Assembly (NCBI GenBank): GCA_963663545.1
Contig: OY760505.1
Span: 896,001-960,000 of the forward strand
Direction: 5' to 3'
DNA from: Candidatus Delongbacteria bacterium
GTDB taxonomy: Bacteria > CAIWAD01
Length of the DNA stretch: 64,000 nt
Shown here: one piece after another, positions 42,263-49,908 of the stretch
Numbering within the stretch: the first letter of the stretch is position 1
Layout of the letters: each line of letters begins with the position of its first letter
Program-made: the position numbers and the translations under genes
The notes under the pieces: generated by a model
What the model was told of the DNA's origin: nothing
Databases searched by the model: none
What the model saw: the letters and a program-made list of their open reading frames with translations, nothing else

Positions 42263-42420
42263 GATCGAAATCGAAGATCGCGGCCGATGCTTTGCATCGG
42301 ATCGATTTCGGAGTCGGGCGACTCCTGCGGAGTCGGTATCGGAAAGCAGCGCCGCACAGAAGATAGATGCGTGCATTTATCCTTGAAATCCGACAGGCTG
42401 CGCCAGAATTTCAAGGATAA
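42263..42420. repeat. Cluster of inverted repeats and ATCGNN hexamers
   Basis: CGAAATCGA..TCGATTTCG enclosing CCGATGC-ttt-GCATCGG; GGAGTCG-gg-CGACTCC; perfect 13-bp IR TTATCCTTGAAAT (42377-42389) / ATTTCAAGGATAA (42408-42420). Confidence 0.8.
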
Positions 42421-42447
42421 CTCCACAAGCGCCCTAAGCAATGAGCG

Positions 42448-42473
42448 AAAAAGCCCCGCATTGCTGCGGGGCT
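42448..42473 (-). terminator. Rho-independent terminator after the beta-helix gene
   Basis: Minus strand reads AGCCCCGCA-gcaa-TGCGGGGCT-TTTT. Confidence 0.85.
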
Positions 42474-42494
42474 GGAGTTGATTGGTTCTCGAAT

Positions 42495-44981
42495 CTACTT
42501 GATGACGGCCTGCTCGCGCAGCAGAGTATCGAGCTCGCCCATCCGGAAGTGAGGATGATCGTCGATGACGCGGGTGATCTCCTCGATGTCCCCCTTGTAT
42601 GCGGTGACCGTGTAATACTTCTGGTCATTGAAGTGGCCGATGCGATGGTGCACTACTTCGGGTTCGGTAACGAAGGCGTAGAAGCTCATGACTTCGTAGG
42701 GCAGCGTGCTGTAATACACTACGTAGCCCGTGGGCTCCAGCGGGTCACCGTTGATGGTGGTGGTCACCGGGTCCCAACTCACATGGGCGTTGTTGTTGAT
42801 CATCTCGATGCCGATGTTCTGCACCTGCGCAGGTGTTGGATCGGCGTAGCCGTACAGGTCCACTTCCAACAGGTGAGTGTCCCAGCCCAGGCTCAGGGTG
42901 TCCACGTAGGCGATCATCTGGGTCGGGGCAAAGTAGACGTCCACCGCCAGACTGCCGGAGGCGGACAGCACGGTTCCCGCACTCAGGTTGCAAGAGTAAG
43001 CGCCCGAACCCGCGAAGTCCACGCTGCTGAGGGTGATGGCTTCATCGGAATTGTTGTACAGCGTAAAGGGCAGCGTAGTCGTGGAGCCAAGAGTGGTGTA
43101 TCCGTAATCCAGGCCGTGGGTGGAAGCATAGATACCGGGCACTTCGTACTCAACGGCGCCCATGTCGGGAGCCAGGCCGTAGTAGTCGCCGGGTTGCAGA
43201 TCCACGATCACTTCGCCAAACCAGTTCACGTAGGTGGTTCCGGCGTTGATGCACGGCGACAGCTCGTTCAGCACGTAGCCTTCCTCGAAGAGCGGATCCT
43301 GATTCAGGTTACCGCCCATCCACAGCACCATGCCGTTGCTGTTGGTAACAATGGCGCCGCTGCCGCCCTCCACGTCGCAGTAGGTGATTTTAGCGCTGTT
43401 GGGGCTTTCGGAAGCGTGCATGTAGATCTGTTGCGGCAGGTTGGAATGGACAATGCTGTTCACCAGGCCCAAGTTGGAATTGTTGCGCAGGTAAACACCG
43501 CCACCCGCGCTGCTGGAGATGTTGCCGGACAGGGTGCAGTTGACCAGCACGGGGTTCACGGCACTACAGTAGAGCGCACCACCCGCCCCACTGGTGGCGG
43601 TGTTCTGGCCGAAAATCGTGTTCTCGGCGCGGAACTGCCCACCGGAGACGCTCGCGCAGCCTCCATCGTGGTGGCCTTGATTCAGGGTCATCGTGCAGCG
43701 CCGCAGCTGTGTCGTGCAATTGGTGAGATCCATGGCACCACCAGGAGCATTCGTTGATACGTTGGAGCGCAGAGTACAATCCTCAACTGTAATCGTAGAG
43801 ACGTTCTCAGCATAAATACCACCACCGTCAAGATAAGCACGGTTGCCTGATATCCGACTTCGCTGGAGGGTACAACTGCTTTGATGTACAGACAACCCAC
43901 CTCCAGAACCGTAGTAATGCCAGTCATCGTATTCGTAATATCCATAAATTGCAGTATTATTTATAATATCGCAATCACGGGCAGTAACTACACTACCTGC
44001 ATTTATACCAACTCCGCCCCCAGGATTCCCTGGCCTAGATTCTGACCTATTCTCGCTGACTGTACAAGAATCCATAGTTACGTTTGAACTCGAGATCGCA
44101 ATACCGGCACCTCTATATTCACCGTTGCCTGACCAATTGCCGGCCACCTGGGTTCCTACAAGGGTAGCGGTAGTGTTGAGGAGCAATAAGCCTCCACCTC
44201 CGTAGCCCGAGTAATTCTCCTGGAAGGAGCAGTCGGTGAGGACCGCGCTGCCACCCGTGGCGTACAGGCCGCCTCCTAGTCTGCAGCCGGAGGATAGATG
44301 CCCATTGTTCTTGCACACCAGCTCTACAAACTCCAGCTGGCTGCCACTGCAGTAAATACCTGCGCCGTACCTGTCATTACTAGTAAACTGGTTGTCCTGC
44401 ACCACAAGGCAGTACACTTCCAGATCGGGACTATCGACACAGTACACTCCCGCACCATGACTGCCAGCCTCGTTGTTGAGGATTGTGCTGTGCTCGATAC
44501 GCGGGCTCGAGTAGTAGATTTCCTCATCCTCAAGCAGATTGATGTACACGCCGCCACCCGAACCAGTGGACGTATTCTGAATGATCGCCAGATTCGACAG
44601 AGTAGGGCTGGATCCTAGAATGCACACGCCACCACCCATCGCGGAGCGACCAAAGGTGATGGTAAAACCATTCAGCACCGCCGCGCGGGTCTCCTGATTC
44701 TCGAAGGTGACCACGCTGCCCATCTGGCCGCCGTAAAGCACTGTGTTTTGAATGTCCAGCGTGTCCTGGCTGAACATGTAGTTGGAAGTGACGGTGACGT
44801 CCTTGCCGTTGTAGTTGATCAGCTCCAGGTACCAGCCGGGCTGGCAGACAATGATATCTCCATCGGCAGAAGCGTTGATCGCCTGCTGAATGGTGCCGTG
44901 ATCGGCGGGGACATTGATGGTCATCGCCAACAGGCTGTGGGCGAGAAGCAGCAATAAGAGAGGGGAGAAGATTCGGCGCAT
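42495..44981 (-). CDS. Secreted right-handed parallel beta-helix repeat protein (DUF1565/Pmp-like GG(A/G)IY repeats) with C-terminal Ig-like domains
   Basis: Signal peptide; VPADHGTIQQAIN; many N....GG(G/A)(I/V/L)Y repeats; DPLF...SPCINAG...PDMGAVE. Confidence 0.85.
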   Translation of the reverse strand: MRRIFSPLLLLLLAHSLLAMTINVPADHGTIQQAINASADGDIIVCQPGWYLELINYNGKDVTVTSNYMFSQDTLDIQNTVLYGGQMGSVVTFENQETRAAVLNGFTITFGRSAMGGGVCILGSSPTLSNLAIIQNTSTGSGGGVYINLLEDEEIYYSSPRIEHSTILNNEAGSHGAGVYCVDSPDLEVYCLVVQDNQFTSNDRYGAGIYCSGSQLEFVELVCKNNGHLSSGCRLGGGLYATGGSAVLTDCSFQENYSGYGGGGLLLLNTTATLVGTQVAGNWSGNGEYRGAGIAISSSNVTMDSCTVSENRSESRPGNPGGGVGINAGSVVTARDCDIINNTAIYGYYEYDDWHYYGSGGGLSVHQSSCTLQRSRISGNRAYLDGGGIYAENVSTITVEDCTLRSNVSTNAPGGAMDLTNCTTQLRRCTMTLNQGHHDGGCASVSGGQFRAENTIFGQNTATSGAGGALYCSAVNPVLVNCTLSGNISSSAGGGVYLRNNSNLGLVNSIVHSNLPQQIYMHASESPNSAKITYCDVEGGSGAIVTNSNGMVLWMGGNLNQDPLFEEGYVLNELSPCINAGTTYVNWFGEVIVDLQPGDYYGLAPDMGAVEYEVPGIYASTHGLDYGYTTLGSTTTLPFTLYNNSDEAITLSSVDFAGSGAYSCNLSAGTVLSASGSLAVDVYFAPTQMIAYVDTLSLGWDTHLLEVDLYGYADPTPAQVQNIGIEMINNNAHVSWDPVTTTINGDPLEPTGYVVYYSTLPYEVMSFYAFVTEPEVVHHRIGHFNDQKYYTVTAYKGDIEEITRVIDDHPHFRMGELDTLLREQAVIK

Positions 44982-45416
44982 GGGGCCTCCTTGCAGGTGT
45001 AGAATGTTCGTTGGAAACGTGCTTGCTCAGGTGAGCTGCGCCGATAATGCCGCAATCTTTGTACCGGTATCCACGCTACTCCTCAATTTTGATTATCACT
45101 CTAGTTTTATTCGCTTTGCCATTGTTTGCTATTACTATTTCACGACATGTTTGTCACTCTAAATGAAGGATTGTTCTCGGGTGTCCAATATTGAACAAAT
45201 GCATCGCCCGGCACTGCTCGGGAGGCCGCAATCAGAGTGGTGGTATCTCTACCCTGCCGGGACAACCCGTGGCTTGGGTATATCTTCAGGAATGATCCTC
45301 GAGAATTGGCAGGGGAGTAGAGCTGAGGCCACTGGCAAGAGGACGCTGGCTTCTTCACTGGTTATACCGGCAGACGCTCGCACTGGTACATCGACCGGCT
45401 CAACCTAAGCTCTTCT

Positions 45417-45505
45417 CCGATACCGATCCGATTTCGAAGAAGGCACGACTTCGAAGAAGGCGCGACTTCAAAGAAGTCGACACCGATGGCGATACCGATA
45501 CCGAT
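45417..45505. repeat. CGATAC-type hexamer tracts enclosing a 17-bp tandem repeat (about 2.9 copies)
   Basis: CCGATACCGATCCGAT; TTCGAAGAAGGCACGAC / TTCGAAGAAGGCGCGAC / TTCAAAGAAGTCGAC (45433-45481); CGACACCGATGGCGATACCGATACCGAT. Confidence 0.85.
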
Positions 45506-45517
45506 TAAGATGGGGGG

Positions 45518-46285
45518 CTAGATGTCAGGGTTGGATATGGGAAACACCCTCACTCTACCCGCCCAGGGACGCACCATGCCGATGTAGTACAGCTTCTCGT
45601 CGCCTTGGCGAATCTCCAGCCGGGCGGTAAGCACAGGGTCGAGGGGCGAGGACCAGAGCACGGTGGGCGTGATACAATTGGGCGCCAGATGCGCCTCGGT
45701 CAACTCGGGCAAGGCGCGCACTTCTTCCAACAGCATGCGCCAGGGATTAGTCCAAAGGCGGGCACCCAAGCCCAGCAGCATCACGACCAGAGCAAGCGCA
45801 ACCACACTGCGCAAACGGGGCATGGGTAGCGCAGCAGCCATTTCGGCCTGTGCCCGTTCTCGGTCTGTATCACACTCATCGATGGATTGTGCCGACAGGC
45901 GAATCAGTGCCCAGAGCGCCAAGGCGTGTAACACAAGGATCAGGCTTCCGAGAAAACTGGATTGTAGCACGAAGCTTAGCATGGCGTTGCGATCAAGCTC
46001 AACTCCGGCCACCAAACCCTGGCCAATGAGCACAACACGCCCCATCACCAGGCAGCCTCCCAGCATCAGCAGCCAGGGTGCCATCCGCCCCAGCAGCTTC
46101 AGCATCCACAAGCGCTTCATGTACACGCCGATGGCACTGAACACGCCAATCAGCAGCATCAGCAGAAAGAGTGGGTAGTGCAAACCGCATGCACTTGCCC
46201 CTGTGAAGGTGTCCATGCCGAAGGCGCAGAGCAGCAGACTGGTGATGTACAGGGGCTGATTCTGGTGGGGTAGGGGTTTGCTCAT
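45518..46285 (-). CDS. Hypothetical membrane protein
   Basis: About 5 TM helices and a short soluble C-terminal domain. Confidence 0.6.
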   Translation of the reverse strand: MSKPLPHQNQPLYITSLLLCAFGMDTFTGASACGLHYPLFLLMLLIGVFSAIGVYMKRLWMLKLLGRMAPWLLMLGGCLVMGRVVLIGQGLVAGVELDRNAMLSFVLQSSFLGSLILVLHALALWALIRLSAQSIDECDTDRERAQAEMAAALPMPRLRSVVALALVVMLLGLGARLWTNPWRMLLEEVRALPELTEAHLAPNCITPTVLWSSPLDPVLTARLEIRQGDEKLYYIGMVRPWAGRVRVFPISNPDI

Positions 46286-46359
46286 GGTGCACCTGAGTTG
46301 ATGGCTGAAGACTCAATGTACCAAGATCTTCAAGCTCGCGGCGCAGTGCAGCAATGAGC

Positions 46360-49300
46360 TCAGGTTTTATCCAGTGTATCACGAACTGCGCGCAGCAGCT
46401 CCTTGTGATGATAGGGTTTCTGCACCAAGCGCACTCCTTCGTGCAGAATGAAGTTGGTGTGAATAGCGCTGTCGCTGTAGCCGCTGGCGAAGAGTACGGG
46501 CAGATCCGCACGCATAGCGCGTGCACGCTCCATTACTTCCTGACCACTCAGATGTGGCATGACGACATCCAGCAGCAGCATGTCAATGTGCCGTGATTCA
46601 CTCTCGAACAATTCAACGGCTTCTTTGCCATCACGCGCGCTCAGCACCGTGTAGCCGCTGCGCAAAAGGATCTGCTCTGCCAGGCTGCGCACCAGGTCGT
46701 CGTCCTCCGCCAACAGGATCGTCTCGTGCCCGCCGGGTGCTTCGGTATCAATGCCGGAGTCAGCAGAGGTTACCCCGGCCACTACCACAGGAAGATAGAC
46801 ATCGAAAGTGCTGCCTTTGCCTTCTTCACTGCTTACCAAAACCAAGCCCTTGTGCTGTGATACAATGCCATACACGGTTGCCAAACCGAGACCTGTTCCG
46901 CGGCCCGTCTCTTTCGTGGTGAAAAAGGGTTCGAAGATATGCGAAAGCACTTCTTCCGGCATGCCTTCACCCGTATCACGAACGGAAAGCTGCACATAGT
47001 CGCCAGCTTGGCCAAGTCCATGCGCCTGGCAGAACTCGTCGTCGAGATGACGATCGGCCGTTTGTATCACAAGATCGCCACCTTCCGGCATAGCGTCGCG
47101 CGCGTTCAGCACCAGATTCATCAGCACCTGTTCAACCATGCCACGATCCGCCAGCACCTTGCTTAAATCATTGCCCTGTTGGAAAATCAGCTGGATGTGC
47201 TCACCGATGAGACGTCGCAACATGCTGAACAGATCCTCGACCACACTATTCATGTCCAGTGATACAGGCTGCATGATCTGACGACGGCTGAAGGCGAGTA
47301 ACTGCTCCACAAGCCGTGCGGCGCGCTCTCCGGCTCGTGTCACTTCGTGCAAGCTCTCAGCTGCATCGTGCTCGTCACTCAAGTCCTCCAATGCAAGTGC
47401 CGTGTATCCGTTTATCACCTGCAGCAGATTGTTGAAATCGTGTGCTACACCGCCCGCCAACTGCCCGATGGCTTCCATCTTCTGCGCCTGGCGGAGTTGC
47501 TCCTCAAGTCTGGCCTTCTCAGCTTCAGCATTTCGCAAGCTGCTTAGATCGATGAAGCTCTCCAGCAACACTTCGCGTCCGCCGACAAAGGCTCGTGAGA
47601 TGCTCTTCATTACTGAGACACGAGTACCGTCGGGGCGAACCAGCTCGCGCTCGAGGCTGCGACCAATTAGCTGTGGATTGGTCAAGCCACAGTCCTGCAC
47701 ACCCGAGTCACACAGAAAGCCGCGGCATGACTTACCGACAATCTCTTCGCGCTTCAGCCCCAGCAACTGAGAGGCGGCGGGGTTGATGTAGGTCACGGTG
47801 CGCGTATTGGGATCCACCGTGTACACGCCGGCTCCGATGGTATCCAACATCGCTCGCAGACGCTGTTCGCTCAGACGAATCTCATCTTCCTGCCGACGTC
47901 GTTCGGTAACATCAAGGAAGAAGACGGCGACGTGATTCGGTTGGGTTTGGAAGGCCGTAATCTCATAGACACTACTAATGCTGCGATCGTCCTCGTACAA
48001 GATGTTCTCGTCGCAATAGGTACCACCCTCACGAGCAATGCGAGCGCACTCTTCCAGAGTGGTACTGCCTGTCAAGGCAGGGAAAGCTTCCTCGGCTGTC
48101 TTTCCCACAAGCTCATCATGGTGGATGCCCAGAATGCGATCCGTGGCAGGGTTGGCTCCTTCGAAAACCAGCGTCCTATCCTCCGCAAGGCAAAAAAGGT
48201 GAACGCCCATGGGCACCGACTGTATCACGCTGCGAAAGCGCTCTTCGCTGCGGCGCAGGTTCTGCTCGGATTCACTGCGTTCTGTAATATCGCGGGCAAA
48301 ACCATAGATCAGTCGTGTATCACCCATTTCAAACGGCGCCAGACTGGTCTCGACGGGAAAGGTGCTACCGTCTTTGCGCCGGTGTCGCCCAAGTTCGGTC
48401 AACCGGCCCAATTCCAGCAGTTCGGCGAAAAAGCTCGCCATTTCATCACGAATCGGATATTGTACTTCCACATCGCGTGCGTGCAGGCCGAGCAGCTCAT
48501 CACGTGTGTAGCCCAGAGAGCGGCAGAACTGCTCGTTGACCTCAACAAAACAGCCGCTCTTATCAAGAGCAAAAAACGCATCCGGCGCATTTTCTATCAG
48601 CAAGCGTGTGTACTCTTCGCTGTTGCGCAACGCTTGCTCAGCTTCATGGCGCTGGCGTATGCTCGCATTGGCCAGTTCGGCTGTATCACGCAGATCTTGC
48701 AATCGCAGATCCTGTGTGCGAATGGGCGCACTGTGTTCCGTCGCCTGCCTGAAGAAGCGGTTGAAGACGGCAATATCACTAGCAATACGCGCTCCAAAAC
48801 GCCGGACCACGACACCCGCCAGGCTGCCTGTAATGATCAGCGTCGCCAGAATGACCAGCAGTGCGTCCATCATCGAGCGACGGCGCATTTCCTGCTCTTT
48901 GGCAACCAGACTATTGATCTCATGAAGATGTGTGGCTGCACCGATGTACCAGCTCCACTCCTTCAACCCCTTGACGTACGTCAGATTCAAGGCCGGGCGC
49001 AGGCCGTTCATGGGCGGCAGAATGTAGATCATGGTATCACCGTCACCCATCGAACGCTGAATCAACTCCTCCACAACCGGGCGACCAAAGAGGTCACGGA
49101 TGTGCATGATATTCTGTCCCTTTGCCGGTCCCAACAGACTCACACCATTCCAATCACCGGCAAAGAGGTAGCCCTGACCGCCGAAACGCGTACTCTCCAT
49201 CCAGTCCAGCGTGCGCTCCTGGACTTCGGCTTTCATGTCTTCCAGGTATTCGCCACAACCAATCACCCAGCCGATTGCAGGGCAGACCTTGATGTAGCTT

Positions 49301-49890
49301 AGCTTGACGTGCGCGGCATCGTCCGCACCCGGCCGATACCAGCTGTACTCGTGATACGTGGCACTTCCGTCTCGCGTGAGACGTATCAGATCATGTATCA
49401 CGGCAGTGTTCAGGCTATCCAAATTGACAGTACTTGCGCCCTCGAGCCAGCGCTGCGTCGGTTGCAACTCAACGACACCCTCTTGTGACACAGCAAAGAT
49501 GTAGTTGTTATCGTGCTGAAGACTCATGGCGCGCAAGAGTTCACGCACCTGGTCTGTCAATCGCTCTTCAGGAACCTGTCCACGGTTTTGTGACACATAG
49601 CTTGTCACGCTTTCGCAAGCAGTTTCTACGCGCTGACGAATGACCTCTCGTACCTGCTTTTCAACCAGGGTCTGCTGTGTGCGAGCAAATACAAGCGCCT
49701 GGTCCACCTGATTCTCGAGCTGCAAACAGGAACGCGAGATGGCGTCCTCGCGAATATGGTCAATCAGCGTTTTGTGCCCGAAATAGATCTGCAACAGCCA
49801 GGCGGCCCCGGTCACCAGCACCACGCCAAAGGCAACCATCAGCACTCTGCGGCCTAGGTAATTGGTGATTCCCGGAGGCGCGTGTTCCAT
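46360..49890 (-). CDS. Hybrid sensor kinase: TM-Cache(x2)-TM-PAS(x3)-HisKA-HATPase-REC
   Basis: EYSWYRP...KLSY...GWVIGCGEY Cache motif; RRKDGSTFPVE PAS; GGVAHDFNNLL; C-terminal receiver. Confidence 0.9.
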   Translation of the reverse strand: MEHAPPGITNYLGRRVLMVAFGVVLVTGAAWLLQIYFGHKTLIDHIREDAISRSCLQLENQVDQALVFARTQQTLVEKQVREVIRQRVETACESVTSYVSQNRGQVPEERLTDQVRELLRAMSLQHDNNYIFAVSQEGVVELQPTQRWLEGASTVNLDSLNTAVIHDLIRLTRDGSATYHEYSWYRPGADDAAHVKLSYIKVCPAIGWVIGCGEYLEDMKAEVQERTLDWMESTRFGGQGYLFAGDWNGVSLLGPAKGQNIMHIRDLFGRPVVEELIQRSMGDGDTMIYILPPMNGLRPALNLTYVKGLKEWSWYIGAATHLHEINSLVAKEQEMRRRSMMDALLVILATLIITGSLAGVVVRRFGARIASDIAVFNRFFRQATEHSAPIRTQDLRLQDLRDTAELANASIRQRHEAEQALRNSEEYTRLLIENAPDAFFALDKSGCFVEVNEQFCRSLGYTRDELLGLHARDVEVQYPIRDEMASFFAELLELGRLTELGRHRRKDGSTFPVETSLAPFEMGDTRLIYGFARDITERSESEQNLRRSEERFRSVIQSVPMGVHLFCLAEDRTLVFEGANPATDRILGIHHDELVGKTAEEAFPALTGSTTLEECARIAREGGTYCDENILYEDDRSISSVYEITAFQTQPNHVAVFFLDVTERRRQEDEIRLSEQRLRAMLDTIGAGVYTVDPNTRTVTYINPAASQLLGLKREEIVGKSCRGFLCDSGVQDCGLTNPQLIGRSLERELVRPDGTRVSVMKSISRAFVGGREVLLESFIDLSSLRNAEAEKARLEEQLRQAQKMEAIGQLAGGVAHDFNNLLQVINGYTALALEDLSDEHDAAESLHEVTRAGERAARLVEQLLAFSRRQIMQPVSLDMNSVVEDLFSMLRRLIGEHIQLIFQQGNDLSKVLADRGMVEQVLMNLVLNARDAMPEGGDLVIQTADRHLDDEFCQAHGLGQAGDYVQLSVRDTGEGMPEEVLSHIFEPFFTTKETGRGTGLGLATVYGIVSQHKGLVLVSSEEGKGSTFDVYLPVVVAGVTSADSGIDTEAPGGHETILLAEDDDLVRSLAEQILLRSGYTVLSARDGKEAVELFESESRHIDMLLLDVVMPHLSGQEVMERARAMRADLPVLFASGYSDSAIHTNFILHEGVRLVQKPYHHKELLRAVRDTLDKT

Positions 49891-49908
49891 AATCTCTCGT
49901 CCGACTCC

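Noticed and set aside
45417..45505. CRISPR array
   Set aside because: The repeats are 17 bp and contiguous with no unique spacers, and there are no cas genes.
42495..45510. Diversity-generating retroelement explaining the variable beta-helix gene
   Set aside because: No reverse transcriptase and no TR/VR pair differing at adenines was seen in the window.
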